Notes: a model not told the origin generated them from the sequence alone. Positions 8,301 through 18,962 are shown, numbered from the stretch's first letter. The stretch: DNA of 64,000 nucleotides from Candidatus Aminicenantes bacterium (GCA_016933515.1 JAFGAV010000118.1:14768-78767); one strand, 5' to 3'. Program-made: numbers and translations.

Positions 8301-10048
8301 TCGACCCCCAACGCGGGCGCGTAAACCGCCGGACCGCGTGGCTGGTGTTGTTTTTCGGTCTGTGGACCGGAGTGCTCGTCTTCCGTCTCGTCCAGATCCA
8401 GATCCTCCGGCACGGGCAATACAAAGCGGAAGTCGACGAACAGAGCCGCAACATCTGGCCCATCCGACCCCGGCGGGGGAACATCGTCGATCGGGGAGGA
8501 GCCATTCTGGCCCGAAGCCTGCCCGCCCAGTCCGTTTTTCTGACTCATGCGGCGAACGAATCCGCGGCCGAGCAATTCCGGAAAGTCGAGACGCTGAGGG
8601 ACATCCTCGACCTTTCCTCTGCGGAGATCAAGAAAATCCGCGACCGGATCTCCCAGAACGGCCATTTCACCTACATCAAAAGGCAGGTGTCCGCCGAAGA
8701 CGCGGACAGGGTCCGGGCTTTGGGCCTGCCGGGGATCGCTCTTCACCCCGAGACCAAGCGTTTCTATCCCTGCGGCCGCCTCGCCTCCCACGTCCTCGGC
8801 GGCGTGAACATCGACGAAAAGGGCCAGGCCGGCGTGGAATTCTCCTACAACGACGTCCTCCAAGGGAGGGCGGGCGAAGCCTTGGTCATGCGGGACGCCA
8901 AGCGCAGGAAATTCCGGCTGGAAACGCTCAAGGACTCGCACCCGGGGGAAGACATCGTCCTGACTCTGGACGCCGCCATTCAGTACATCGTCGAGCGGGA
9001 GCTCAAGAAAGCCGTCGCGGCCTCCCAGGCGGCCTGGGGCTCAATCATCGTTTCTCGCCCGGCGACGGGGGAAATTTTGGCGCTGGCCAACGTTCCGGAT
9101 TACGATCCCAACCACTGGCCGCCCTCCGTCCCCGGTGCGGCGAGCAACAGGGCCGTGCAGCACAATTTCGAGCCCGGTTCGACGTTCAAGATCGTGACCG
9201 CGGCCGCAGCGCTGGAAACCGAATCCGTCGGGCCGGCCGAAATCTTCAACTGCCGCGCCGACGCCGTGGACGTCCCCGGCAAGGCCATCCGCGACCACAA
9301 GCCCTTCGACGCCCTGAACTTTCATGAAATCTTCATTCATTCCTCGAACATCGGGACCATTCAAGTCGGTCTCCGCACAGGCGAAACCGAACTGCGACGG
9401 ATGATCTGGGCGCTTGGATTCGGCCGGAAAACCGGTCTGGACCTTCCCGGCGAAGAAAGTGGGATTTACCGCCCTGAGGCCTCCTGGACGCCCCGGACTC
9501 TTCCGGCGGTGGCCATCGGCTACGAAATCTCCGTGACCGCCATTCAGGTGCTTCAGGCCATGAACGTCATCGCCAACCGCGGCCTGTCCGTCCCGCCCCG
9601 GATCGTTAAAAGCGTCCTTGACCCGGCGGCGGCGCCTCCCCCGGACGGGCCGACCGGCCTTCGCGTCCTGTCGCGGGCGACAGCGGAGCGATTGGCCGCC
9701 ATTCTCGTACAGTCGGTCGAAGAGGGCACGGGATTCGAGGCCAAGCCGGACGGGTATCCGACGGCGGGGAAAACGGGGACCGCTCAGAAATACGACCCGG
9801 CCAGGGGCGCCTATGTTCAGGACAAGCATCTGGCTTCGTTCGCCGGATTCGTCCCCGCGGACAACCCCGCCCTCTCCATAATCGTCGTCCTCGATGAGCC
9901 CCGCGGATCCTATTACGGAGGGCAGATCGCGGCTCCCGTTTTCCGTTCCGTCGCCGAGCAGATTTTGCGCTACCTGCGGATTTCGCCCCGCCATCCCGCC
10001 CCTCGGGGACTGATCGCCGCCCATCTGCCGCCGGGAGGCCGCGAATGA
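8297..10048 (+). CDS. ftsI: peptidoglycan D,D-transpeptidase FtsI (class B PBP)
   Basis: Start taken at ATG 8297 (ATGA overlap with ftsL). The ORF-track start 7646 is an in-frame upstream extension. TM WLVLFFGLWTGVLVF; SxxK STFK, SxN SSN, KTG KTGT. Confidence 0.9.
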   Translation: MIDPQRGRVNRRTAWLVLFFGLWTGVLVFRLVQIQILRHGQYKAEVDEQSRNIWPIRPRRGNIVDRGGAILARSLPAQSVFLTHAANESAAEQFRKVETLRDILDLSSAEIKKIRDRISQNGHFTYIKRQVSAEDADRVRALGLPGIALHPETKRFYPCGRLASHVLGGVNIDEKGQAGVEFSYNDVLQGRAGEALVMRDAKRRKFRLETLKDSHPGEDIVLTLDAAIQYIVERELKKAVAASQAAWGSIIVSRPATGEILALANVPDYDPNHWPPSVPGAASNRAVQHNFEPGSTFKIVTAAAALETESVGPAEIFNCRADAVDVPGKAIRDHKPFDALNFHEIFIHSSNIGTIQVGLRTGETELRRMIWALGFGRKTGLDLPGEESGIYRPEASWTPRTLPAVAIGYEISVTAIQVLQAMNVIANRGLSVPPRIVKSVLDPAAAPPPDGPTGLRVLSRATAERLAAILVQSVEEGTGFEAKPDGYPTAGKTGTAQKYDPARGAYVQDKHLASFAGFVPADNPALSIIVVLDEPRGSYYGGQIAAPVFRSVAEQILRYLRISPRHPAPRGLIAAHLPPGGRE

Positions 10049-11520
10049 AGCTCAGTGAAGTTTTGAGCGGCGTTCCCGTGATCCGCATATCCGGAAGCGA
10101 CCGGACGGACATCCAAGGCATCGCCTACTCCTCGGCGCAAGCCGCGAACGGCTGGCTGTTCGCCGCCCTGAAAGGCCTGCGCCGGGACGGCCTGGATTTT
10201 GTTCCTGAAGCTTTGAAAAAAGGCGCGGCGGCCGTCCTGTGCGACCGTCCCCAACCCCGGCCGATGAACGCCGTCTGGGTCGAGGTCCCCGACGCCCGGC
10301 TGGCGTTGGCGCTGGCATCGGCGAATTTCTTCGGCCGCCCCAGCCGCAAACTGACGGTCGTGGGCGTCACCGGGACGAAGGGGAAAACCACCGTCACGCA
10401 CATCCTGGAATCCATTCTCCTTGAAGCCGGCTTCCGTCCCGGCGTGCTCGGCACCATCGCCTACCGCGGTCCCGGGCTGTCCGAACCCGCCGGACGGACG
10501 ACGCCCGAAGCGCCCGACATCCAGCGCTTCCTCCGCCTGATGCTGGACGCGGGAGCGACCCACGCCCTGCTTGAGGTCTCTTCCCACGCCTTGGATCTCA
10601 AACGGGTCTGGGGAGTGGAGTTCGACGCGGCCATCTTCACCAATCTCAGCGGCGAGCACATGGATTACCACTCCTCGATGGAGGATTATTTCGAAACCAA
10701 GAAGCGGCTGTTCTTCCTCAACTCGAAAAAGCAAACGGCCGTCGTCAACGTGGACGATCCCTACGGGCGCAAGCTCCTCCAGGATCTGCCCATGAAAACG
10801 ATCACCTTCGGCTGCGGGCCCGAGGCCATCGTCCGGGCCGCGCAGTCCTCGTTCGACCGGACCGGCCTGCGGATCACCGTCGATTTCCCGGGCGGCCGGA
10901 CCGAGATCGCTTCGCCCCTCATGGGCCGGCACAACCTCTACAACATCCTGGCCGCCCTGGCCACGGGGCTGGCCCTCAATCTGCCCCTGTCCCACATCAC
11001 CGCCGGAATCGCCGCCCTGCGCGGCGTCCCCGGACGGCTGGAGCGCGTGGACAACGACCGCGGACTGATGATCTTCGTCGACTACGCTCACACCGACAAT
11101 GCGCTGCGCCATCTGCTGGAGACGGCCCGCGGCTTGGAGGCCGGCCGGGTCATTTTGGTGTTCGGCGCGGGGGGCGACCGCGACAGGTTCAAGAGGGAGC
11201 GCATGGGCGAGGCGGCGGCCGAGCTCGCGGACTGGACGTTTCTCACCTCGGACAATCCCCGTTCGGAGGAACCGGCCGCGATCCTGTCCGAGATCGAGAA
11301 GGGCTTCCTCAACAGAAACGCCAAGAATTACACGGCCCTGGTGGACCGCCGCGAAGCCATCGCCCGGGCGCTGGACTTCGCCCGCAAGGGCGACGTCGTT
11401 CTCGTGGCCGGCAAAGGACACGAAGACTACCAAGAGATCAAGGGAAAGCGCCGTCCGTTCAGCGACGTCGCGGTCGTCAAGGACATTCTGGCCCGGGAGA
11501 AAAAGGCGCATCATGGTTGA
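10045..11520 (+). CDS. murE: UDP-N-acetylmuramoyl-L-alanyl-D-glutamate--2,6-diaminopimelate ligase MurE
   Basis: GVTGTKGKTT P-loop, DNPRSE motif, Mur ligase length; ATGA overlap with ftsI. Confidence 0.95.
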   Translation: MKLSEVLSGVPVIRISGSDRTDIQGIAYSSAQAANGWLFAALKGLRRDGLDFVPEALKKGAAAVLCDRPQPRPMNAVWVEVPDARLALALASANFFGRPSRKLTVVGVTGTKGKTTVTHILESILLEAGFRPGVLGTIAYRGPGLSEPAGRTTPEAPDIQRFLRLMLDAGATHALLEVSSHALDLKRVWGVEFDAAIFTNLSGEHMDYHSSMEDYFETKKRLFFLNSKKQTAVVNVDDPYGRKLLQDLPMKTITFGCGPEAIVRAAQSSFDRTGLRITVDFPGGRTEIASPLMGRHNLYNILAALATGLALNLPLSHITAGIAALRGVPGRLERVDNDRGLMIFVDYAHTDNALRHLLETARGLEAGRVILVFGAGGDRDRFKRERMGEAAAELADWTFLTSDNPRSEEPAAILSEIEKGFLNRNAKNYTALVDRREAIARALDFARKGDVVLVAGKGHEDYQEIKGKRRPFSDVAVVKDILAREKKAHHG

Positions 11521-12901
11521 ACTCCGCCTGGACGAGATCGCGCGGCGCATGGGCGGCGCCGTTCTCCAGGGCGACTCCGGACGCCTGTACCGTTCTTTCA
11601 ATCTGGATTCCCGCCTGACATCCCCCGGCGATCTCTTCTTCGCCGTGCCCGCCGCCCGGGACGGACACGATTTCGTGGACGACGCCCGGCGGCGGGGCGC
11701 CGGCGGGGCGGTCGTCTCGCGCGAGGTCTCCGTCGCCGACGCTTCCTTCGGACTCGTCCGCGTCCGGGACACGGTCGAGGCTCTGCAGCGCCTGGCCGCC
11801 GAAACGCTCCGCGTCCGTCGCGTGGGCGTCGTGGGCATCACCGGCAGCGCCGGCAAAACCACGACCAAGGAATTCGCCGCCGAGCTCCTCGGTGCGCGCT
11901 TTCGGGTTTTGAAATCGACAGGGAACTACAACAATCACCTGGGTCTGGCTCTCTCTCTTCTCAACCTCGAGGCCCGGCACGATCTGGCCGTTCTGGAGAT
12001 GGCCATGAGCGGACCGGGTGAAATCCTTCTCCTGACGCGCGTCGCCCCGCCCGACGTCGCCGTCATCACCAACGTTCATCCCGTCCATCTGGCGTTTTTC
12101 AAAAGCCTGGAGGACATCGCCGCCGCCAAAGCCGAGATCCTTGACGGATTGAAGCCCGGAGGGACGGCAGTTCTCAACGGAGACGATCCCCTTCTCCGGA
12201 AAACGGCGGAGACGTGGACGGGCCGCATCGTTCGGTTCGGCCTGAGCGACGGGTGCGACGTTCGAGCCGAAAACATCGGATTCCGAGGATTCGAGGGGCT
12301 GGAATTCGTCCTGCGCGTCGGCGGCATCACCTTGCCCGTCTCGCTTCCTTTTTACGCCGACGCGTTCGTCCTCAATTTCCTGGCCGCGGTCGGCGCGGCT
12401 CTCGCCTTGGGACTGACCCCGGAAGAGATTCAGCCCCGATTCGGACTTCTGAAGCCGCTTCACGGACGGGGTTCCCTGGTCAGGCTTGCCGGCGGCATCG
12501 TCCTTGTCGACGAGAGCTACAACTCCAATCCCCGGGCGCTCGAATCGGCCCTTCGGGGCGCCGCCCGCTTTCAGGCCGAACGGCGCGTGGCCGTGCTGGG
12601 CGACATGCTGGAGCTCGGTCCGGCCGAGGCCGAGTTCCACCGCCGTTCGGGGCGCCTGGCGGCGGAACTGGGCTTCGGACTCCTGGTCACCGTCGGCTCT
12701 TTGGCCCGGCTCATGGCCGAAGGAGCGTCCGAAGCCGGGCTCGATCGCAGCCGGATCTTCTCTTATCCCGACGCCGGCGAAGCGGCCGCGGGACTGCCGG
12801 CAATTCTCCGAGGCGGGGACCTCGTCCTGGTCAAGGGTTCGCGCGGCGTTCATCTCGACCACGTCGTAAACGGACTGAAAAACGGGATCAAGGAGACGTA
12901 A
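11513..12901 (+). CDS. murF: UDP-N-acetylmuramoyl-tripeptide--D-alanyl-D-alanine ligase MurF
   Basis: Start at ATG 11513 (MVELRLDEIARRMGG; 8-nt overlap with murE); GITGSAGKTTTKE P-loop. ORF-track start 11099 lies inside murE. Confidence 0.9.
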   Translation: MVELRLDEIARRMGGAVLQGDSGRLYRSFNLDSRLTSPGDLFFAVPAARDGHDFVDDARRRGAGGAVVSREVSVADASFGLVRVRDTVEALQRLAAETLRVRRVGVVGITGSAGKTTTKEFAAELLGARFRVLKSTGNYNNHLGLALSLLNLEARHDLAVLEMAMSGPGEILLLTRVAPPDVAVITNVHPVHLAFFKSLEDIAAAKAEILDGLKPGGTAVLNGDDPLLRKTAETWTGRIVRFGLSDGCDVRAENIGFRGFEGLEFVLRVGGITLPVSLPFYADAFVLNFLAAVGAALALGLTPEEIQPRFGLLKPLHGRGSLVRLAGGIVLVDESYNSNPRALESALRGAARFQAERRVAVLGDMLELGPAEAEFHRRSGRLAAELGFGLLVTVGSLARLMAEGASEAGLDRSRIFSYPDAGEAAAGLPAILRGGDLVLVKGSRGVHLDHVVNGLKNGIKET

Positions 12902-12902
12902 C

Positions 12903-13991
12903 GTGCTCACCCTGCTTCTCGTTCCGTTGAAAAACATCTCGATCTTCTTCAACGTGTTCCGCTACATCACCGTCCGGACGGCTCTGGCGGGCATCACCGC
13001 CCTTCTCCTCGGTCTCCTTGTCGGGCCGGTCTTCATCCGCTGGATCAAAAAGCGCCGGCTCGGACAGGAAATCCGGTCCGACGGGCCTCAATCCCATCTG
13101 AGCAAGAAAGGCACGCCCTCCCTGGGCGGCATCCTCATCATCGGCGCCACACTGGTGCCGACTTTGCTGTGGGGCAACCTGGCCAATCCCTATGTATGGC
13201 TGGCCATGGCCGGCATGCTCTTCTTCGGCCTGATCGGGCTCTGGGACGATCTGTTGAAAATCCGGAGAAAAAATTCGCGCGGTCTCGGCGTCCGGCAAAA
13301 GTTCGCCCTCCAGCTCCTCCTCGCTGCGGCCATCGGCGCCACCCTGGTCCTCATGGGCCTTGAAGGACGGTTCGACCTGAGATTGAGCTTCCCCTTCATC
13401 AAACAGTGGATCCCGTTTCTCGGCTGGCTCTATCTGCCCTGGATCATGTTCATCCTGGTGGGCTCCTCCAATTCGGTCAATATGGCCGACGGCCTGGACG
13501 GGCTGGCTGTCGGGCTGGCGGTCGTCAGCGCCGCGGCCCTGACGGCCCTGTGCTACATCACCGGAAACGCCGTCTGGGCGCGCTACCTGGACATCACTTT
13601 CGTCCGGTCGGCCGCGGAACTGACCGTTTTCGCCGGCGCCTTCGCCGGCGCCTGTTTGGGCTTCCTATGGTACAACTGCCATCCCGCCCAAATCTTCATG
13701 GGAGACGCGGGCTCCCTGTCGATCGGCGGCACGCTCGGCCTCCTGGCCATCCTCATCAAGCAGGAATTCCTGCTCGTGGCCGTGGCCGGAGTGTTCATCC
13801 TCGAGTCCCTGTCCGTCCTGATCCAGGTGTCCTATTTCAAGATCAGCGGGGGGAAGAGGATTTTCAGGATGGCGCCGCTCCATCACCATTTCGAGCTTAA
13901 AGGCTGGGCCGAGGAAAAGGTGGTCGTCCGCTTCTGGGTTCTGGGCGTCGTCCTCGCTCTTTTCAGCCTGGCGACATTAAAACTGAGATGA
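12903..13991 (+). CDS. mraY: phospho-N-acetylmuramoyl-pentapeptide transferase MraY
   Basis: Polytopic membrane protein; NSVNMADGLDGLA and HHHFE motifs; GTG start. Confidence 0.95.
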   Translation: MLTLLLVPLKNISIFFNVFRYITVRTALAGITALLLGLLVGPVFIRWIKKRRLGQEIRSDGPQSHLSKKGTPSLGGILIIGATLVPTLLWGNLANPYVWLAMAGMLFFGLIGLWDDLLKIRRKNSRGLGVRQKFALQLLLAAAIGATLVLMGLEGRFDLRLSFPFIKQWIPFLGWLYLPWIMFILVGSSNSVNMADGLDGLAVGLAVVSAAALTALCYITGNAVWARYLDITFVRSAAELTVFAGAFAGACLGFLWYNCHPAQIFMGDAGSLSIGGTLGLLAILIKQEFLLVAVAGVFILESLSVLIQVSYFKISGGKRIFRMAPLHHHFELKGWAEEKVVVRFWVLGVVLALFSLATLKLR

Positions 13992-15358
13992 TCGAAGACC
14001 TTAAAGGCAAACGCGTCCTGGTCGTCGGCCTGGGCCGAACGGGCCGCGACGTCTGCCGATTTCTGCTCGAACGGGGAGCCCGGGTGTCGGTCAGCGAAAA
14101 ACGACCCCGGACCGAGATTGCGAAGGGCGCCGCCGCTTTGATCGAACAAGGCGTCCGCTTCGAAGCAGGGGGCCACCGGCTCGGGGATTTCCTGTCCGCG
14201 GATCTCATCATCCCCAGCCCCGGCGTCCCCCCCGTTCCCGAGTTCTTGGCCGCGCGGCGCAAAGGCATCCCCGTCTGGTCCGAGCTTGAGCTTGCCGGAA
14301 GGTTCCTGAAAGGGACAATCGTGGGCGTCACCGGATCGTGCGGCAAATCCACGACCGTAACCCTGACCCATAAAATCCTCCGTGAAGCCGGACTCAAGGC
14401 TTATCTGGCCGGGAACATCGGCCCCCCCCTCATTTCGTTCGTCGACCGCAGCCGCCCGGACCATGTTTATGTCACGGAGATCTCCAGTTTTCAGCTTTAT
14501 CACGCCGCGACGTTCAGGGCCCATGTCGCCGCATTCCTCAACATCTCCCTGAACCATCTGGACTGGCATCCGGATTTCGAGGACTACCTGGCCTCGAAAA
14601 CCCGTCTCCTTCTCGGGCAGCGCCCGGGCGACACAGCCGTCCTCAACCGCGACGACCGGAGGGTCTGGGCTCTCCGCCGCCGGACCGAGGCCGCCGTTTC
14701 GGCATTCAGCCGCCGCGTCCGGGTGAGGGAAGGCTGTCATCTTCTCGGCGGGCGCATCGTCTTCGCCGGCAAAACGCCCATGGCGCTCATGGCCGCAAAG
14801 GAGATTCCTCTCCCGGGCGCCCACAACCTGGAAAACGTCATGGCCGCCGCCCTCATCAGCCGGGCGCTGGGCGTTTCCCGCGAGGCCGTCAGGCGCTCGA
14901 TCCGGACGTTCTCCGGACTGGAGCACCGGCTGGAGCGGGTGGCCGCCGTGCGGGGAGTCGCGTTCGTCAACGATTCCAAGGCTACGACGGTCCGGGCGTC
15001 GCGCGTGGCCCTCGAAAGCCTCGACCGGAAGGCCGTCCTGATTCTCGGGGGCAAGGACAAAGGCGACGACTTCCGCCTGCTGCGGAAACCGGTCAAAGAC
15101 AAGGCGCGCCTTGTCGTTCTGATCGGGCAGGCGCGGGAGAAAATCAAGGCCGCCCTGCAGGGCGCAGCCCCCCTGGCCGAGGCCGGGTCGATGCGCGGCG
15201 CCGTGCGCCTCGCGTTCGACGCCGCCCGCCGCGGGGATGTCGTCCTCCTGGCGCCGGCTTGCGCCAGCTTCGACATGTTCCGCAATTTCGAGGAGCGCGG
15301 CCGCGCCTTTAAGAGCGAAGTCCGCCGCCTGGTTCGGAGGGAGGAGAAGGGCCGATGA
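13988..15358 (+). CDS. murD: UDP-N-acetylmuramoylalanine--D-glutamate ligase MurD
   Basis: N-terminal Rossmann VLVVGLGRTG, GVTGSCGKSTT P-loop; ATGA overlap with mraY. Confidence 0.95.
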   Translation: MIEDLKGKRVLVVGLGRTGRDVCRFLLERGARVSVSEKRPRTEIAKGAAALIEQGVRFEAGGHRLGDFLSADLIIPSPGVPPVPEFLAARRKGIPVWSELELAGRFLKGTIVGVTGSCGKSTTVTLTHKILREAGLKAYLAGNIGPPLISFVDRSRPDHVYVTEISSFQLYHAATFRAHVAAFLNISLNHLDWHPDFEDYLASKTRLLLGQRPGDTAVLNRDDRRVWALRRRTEAAVSAFSRRVRVREGCHLLGGRIVFAGKTPMALMAAKEIPLPGAHNLENVMAAALISRALGVSREAVRRSIRTFSGLEHRLERVAAVRGVAFVNDSKATTVRASRVALESLDRKAVLILGGKDKGDDFRLLRKPVKDKARLVVLIGQAREKIKAALQGAAPLAEAGSMRGAVRLAFDAARRGDVVLLAPACASFDMFRNFEERGRAFKSEVRRLVRREEKGR

Positions 15359-16476
15359 GCCGCCAACCCGAGATGTTTCTCGCCGGCCGTTTCGACAGGC
15401 CCCTGTTCATCGCCCTCCTGGCGCTGACAGGATTCGGGCTGGTGATGGTCTATTCCACCTCGGGAGTCCCGGCCGCGGAAAAATTCAACGATTCTTTTCA
15501 TTACCTGGCCGGACAGGCCGTGGGCGCGGCCGCAGGATTGGCGGCCCTGTTCTTTTTCATATCATTCCGAAGACCGTTCTATCAGGGAGCCGCATTTGTC
15601 CACGGCCTCTTCGCCCTGTCCGTCGTCCTTCTGGCCCTGTGCTTCGTCATGCCCGAACACGCCCACACGAACCGCTGGATCGAGTTCGGCGTTCTGCGCT
15701 TCCAGCCCTCGGAACTGGCCAAGATCAGCCTGGTCCTGCTCCTGGCCTTCTGGCTCGAACGCCGTAAGGAACGGCGGGATGTCAAGACCTTCCTCCTTCT
15801 CCTGCCGGCCGTGGTCCTGGTCATGATCCTCATCCTTCTCGAGCCGGATTACGGAACGGCGCTTTTCATTTTCTTCCTGGCCATGGCCGTGTTCTTTCTG
15901 GGCGGGGTGAAGCTCCGCGCGTTCGGCCTCATCGTCGTTCCGGCGGCCCTCCTTTTTGCCGCCTTTCTCGTGCGGGCGGAATACAGGCTCGACCGACTGG
16001 AAGCCCTCCTCTACCCCGAGCGCGATCCCCTGGGCAAAAGCTTTCAGGTCATCCAGTCCAAGATGGCTCTCGGGTCGGGAGGAGTGCTGGGCGTCAGCCC
16101 CGGCGAAAGCGTTCAAAAACTCTATTTCCTTCCCTCCGCGCACACCGATTTCATCTTCGCCATCATCGGCGAGGAGCTGGGGCTCGTAGGAACAATAGGC
16201 ACGCTTCTGACTTTCCTCCTCCTCCTGTGGCGCGGCCTGCGCATCGCCCGGCGGGCGCCCGACCTTTTCTGCCAGCTGGCCGCAGCAGGAATCACGATCA
16301 GCCTCACCGCCCAGGCTCTGCTCAACATGACGATCGTGCTCGGTCTCGGCCCAACCAAGGGGCTGCCCCTGCCGTTCATCAGCTTCGGCCGCTCCTCGCT
16401 GGTGTGCAGTCTCCTGGCCGGCGGAATCCTGCTTCACATCTCAGAGCGGCGCGCCGCGGCCGGAGGACGGTCATGA
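15355..16476 (+). CDS. ftsW: SEDS-family peptidoglycan glycosyltransferase FtsW
   Basis: Polytopic; FQPSELAKISLVL and HTDFIFAIIGEELG motifs; ATGA overlap with murD. Confidence 0.9.
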   Translation: MSRQPEMFLAGRFDRPLFIALLALTGFGLVMVYSTSGVPAAEKFNDSFHYLAGQAVGAAAGLAALFFFISFRRPFYQGAAFVHGLFALSVVLLALCFVMPEHAHTNRWIEFGVLRFQPSELAKISLVLLLAFWLERRKERRDVKTFLLLLPAVVLVMILILLEPDYGTALFIFFLAMAVFFLGGVKLRAFGLIVVPAALLFAAFLVRAEYRLDRLEALLYPERDPLGKSFQVIQSKMALGSGGVLGVSPGESVQKLYFLPSAHTDFIFAIIGEELGLVGTIGTLLTFLLLLWRGLRIARRAPDLFCQLAAAGITISLTAQALLNMTIVLGLGPTKGLPLPFISFGRSSLVCSLLAGGILLHISERRAAAGGRS

Positions 16477-17558
16477 GGCCCCGGCGGGTGGCGATCTGCG
16501 GGGGGGGGACGGGAGGCCACACGTTTCCCGCCTTGGCCGTGGCCCGAAAATTGAGGCAGGCCCTTCCGTCCGTCAGACTGTCGTTCATCGGGACAAAGCG
16601 ACGGCTGGAAGCGGAGATCCTGTCCCGCGCCGAAGAGGACTTTTACCCGTTGTCGATCTCCGGAATCAGAGGGCGCGGATGGAAGGTCATCCCCTCTGTC
16701 CTCCGGATCCCCGGGGCGTTCCTGGAGGCCTTTCGTCTTCTGAGAAAGCTGCGGCCCGATCTCGTCGTCGGCGTCGGAGGCTACAGCTCCGGCCCCGTCG
16801 TTCTCCTGGCCTCCCTCCTGGGGACACCGACGGTCCTTCTGGAGCAGAACGTCAAACCCGGGCTCACCAACCGCCTCCTGCTCCCCTTTGTCCGGAAAGC
16901 GGCGGCGTCCTTTGAGAGGACGCTCCCCGCATTGAAAGGAAAAGGGGTGTTCTTGGGCAATCCGGTCAGGGAGGAATTCGAAGCCTTGAAGCCCCGCGTT
17001 CCGGACGGCAAGCTCAGCCTTCTCGTCTTCGGGGGCAGCCAGGGGTCTCGATTCTTGAATGAAGTCATGATCGGCGCCCTGCCGCATCTCGCGCCCGTGA
17101 AAAACCGCCTCGTCATCCGCCACCAGACGGGCGAAGCCGGCACCGCCCGGGTTCTCGACGCCTATGGCCGGGCCGGGTTTGAGGGCGCCGAAGTCTCGGC
17201 GTTCATCGTCGACATGGCTTCGGCTTTCGGACGCGCGGACCTCGTCCTCTGCCGCGCGGGAGCCACAACCGTGGCTGAACTCATTGCCGCTCGCCGGCCG
17301 GCGCTTCTCGTTCCCTTCGTCCGGGCGGCCGGCGGCCATCAGACCGAGAACGCCCGGGAACTCGAGCGCGCCGGGGCGGCCGAAACGTGGAACGAACGTC
17401 TTCTCACCCCGGAAAAACTTGCGGAACGCGTTCTTTTTTATGCCGGACGGCCGGACAGACTGCAAGCCATGACCCGGAATTTGGAGCCTCTGCGCACGGA
17501 AAACGCCGCCGGACGAATCGCGGAATTGTGCCTGGAAATCATGGGCCTGGGGACCTAG
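16473..17558 (+). CDS. murG: UDP-N-acetylglucosamine--N-acetylmuramyl-(pentapeptide) pyrophosphoryl-undecaprenol GlcNAc transferase MurG
   Basis: Start at ATG 16473 (ATGA overlap with ftsW); GGGTGGHTFPALAVA; ORF-track start 16227 lies inside ftsW. Confidence 0.95.
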   Translation: MRPRRVAICGGGTGGHTFPALAVARKLRQALPSVRLSFIGTKRRLEAEILSRAEEDFYPLSISGIRGRGWKVIPSVLRIPGAFLEAFRLLRKLRPDLVVGVGGYSSGPVVLLASLLGTPTVLLEQNVKPGLTNRLLLPFVRKAAASFERTLPALKGKGVFLGNPVREEFEALKPRVPDGKLSLLVFGGSQGSRFLNEVMIGALPHLAPVKNRLVIRHQTGEAGTARVLDAYGRAGFEGAEVSAFIVDMASAFGRADLVLCRAGATTVAELIAARRPALLVPFVRAAGGHQTENARELERAGAAETWNERLLTPEKLAERVLFYAGRPDRLQAMTRNLEPLRTENAAGRIAELCLEIMGLGT

Positions 17559-17567
17559 GAGGAGAAT

Positions 17568-18962
17568 GTGGTCAACAAAGTGTTCCTCAAGCTCCGGCGA
17601 ATCCACCTGGTGGGCATCGGCGGGACGGGCATGAACGGCATTGCTGAAGTCCTCCTCAACCTGGGCTACTCGGTCACGGGCTCGGACCTGCAAACGAATC
17701 CCGCCACCCGGCGCCTGAAGCGGCTGGGGGCCCTCATCCATCGCGGCCACAGCGGAGAGAACGTCGGGGACGCCGATGTGGTCGTGACGTCTTCGGCCGT
17801 CGGCCCCGACAACGTCGAGGTCCGGGAAGCCCGGCGGAGGAGGATCCCGGTCATCCCCCGGGCCGAGATGCTGGCCGAGCTGATGCGCATGAAGCTCGGC
17901 ATCGCCGTGGCCGGATCGCACGGCAAGACCACGACGACCTCCATGGTCGCCCACGTTCTGGAGGCCGGGGGGTTCGATCCGACGATCATCGTCGGCGGTC
18001 GCCTGAACACCGTCGGCGCCCACGCCAAGCTGGGCGCCGGGGATTTCATCGTCGCCGAGGCGGACGAGAGCGACCGGTCCTTTCTCTATCTCTCGCCTTT
18101 CATCGCCCTCTTGACCAACATCGACCGCGAACATTTGGACCAGTACCAATCCCTGGAGGAGCTTCAAAACGTTTTTGTCCGCTTCGCCAACAAAGTTCCC
18201 TTTTACAGCCCCGTCATCCTCTGCCTCGACGACCCCCACCTGCAGACGCTCATCCCTCGTTTCGAGCGGCGGATCATCACCTACGGGTTCTCGGCCCAGG
18301 CGGAATTCACCGCCCGGGATCATCTCTTCAAAGGATTCTCCAGCTCCTCGACCGTTTTCCTCAAGGACAGGGAGCTGGGGATGATGAAACTGAACGTTCC
18401 GGGCAAGCACAACATCCTCAACGCGCTGGCCGCCGTGGCCGTGGGCCTGGAGCTCGAAATTCCCGCGGAGAACGTCCTGAAAGCGCTGGAAAACTTCAGC
18501 GGAACGGGCCGCCGATTCGAGATGCGCGGCGAGGTGAACGGCGTTCTGGTCATCGAGGACTACGCGCACCATCCCACGGAAATCCGGGCCACCCTCGAAG
18601 CCGCCCGCAAAGGCTGGGCGCGAAGGGTGGTGGCCGTGTTCCAACCTCATCGCTACTCGCGCCTGTCCTTTCTCCTTCCCGAATTCGCGACGTCATTCAA
18701 TCAAGCGGACGTCCTGGTGGTCACCGAAATCTACGCCGCCGGCGAGCCTCCCCTTCCGGGCGTCGACGGCCGGGTCCTGTTCGAGGAGATCCTCAGGCTG
18801 GGCCACAAGGACGCGCACTTCGAGCCCGATCTGAAAAAAATCCCGTCTCTCGTCCGGCATTTGGTCTCGCCGGGCGACATCCTGATCTTTCTGGGAGCCG
18901 GAAGCATTTCCAAGGCCCTGCCCGAAACGCTGCGCCTGCTGAAAGGGAAAAAAAACCCATGA
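17568..18962 (+). CDS. murC: UDP-N-acetylmuramate--L-alanine ligase MurC
   Basis: GTG start after GGAGGAG; IHLVGIGGTGMNGIAEVL, GSHGKTTTTSM. Confidence 0.95.
   Translation: MVNKVFLKLRRIHLVGIGGTGMNGIAEVLLNLGYSVTGSDLQTNPATRRLKRLGALIHRGHSGENVGDADVVVTSSAVGPDNVEVREARRRRIPVIPRAEMLAELMRMKLGIAVAGSHGKTTTTSMVAHVLEAGGFDPTIIVGGRLNTVGAHAKLGAGDFIVAEADESDRSFLYLSPFIALLTNIDREHLDQYQSLEELQNVFVRFANKVPFYSPVILCLDDPHLQTLIPRFERRIITYGFSAQAEFTARDHLFKGFSSSSTVFLKDRELGMMKLNVPGKHNILNALAAVAVGLELEIPAENVLKALENFSGTGRRFEMRGEVNGVLVIEDYAHHPTEIRATLEAARKGWARRVVAVFQPHRYSRLSFLLPEFATSFNQADVLVVTEIYAAGEPPLPGVDGRVLFEEILRLGHKDAHFEPDLKKIPSLVRHLVSPGDILIFLGAGSISKALPETLRLLKGKKNP

Noticed and set aside
9970-11868. 632-aa ORF on the minus strand across murE/murF
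   Set aside because: It is antisense to two genes with unmistakable Mur-ligase motifs. The product is Arg/Pro/Ala/Gly-rich low complexity, typical of stop-free antisense frames in GC-rich DNA.
16500-16508. G9 homopolymer inside murG (codons for GGG in ICGGGTGGH); a similar C9 run at 44643-44651 at the cvpA/Fis-like gene junction
   Set aside because: Both encode conserved or acceptable residues in frame. Phase variation of an essential gene is implausible. They are noted only as sequencing-error-prone sites.
16434-18650. 738-aa minus-strand ORF across murG/murC
   Set aside because: Same artefact: it is antisense to well-supported genes, has no recognisable motifs and has a biased composition.
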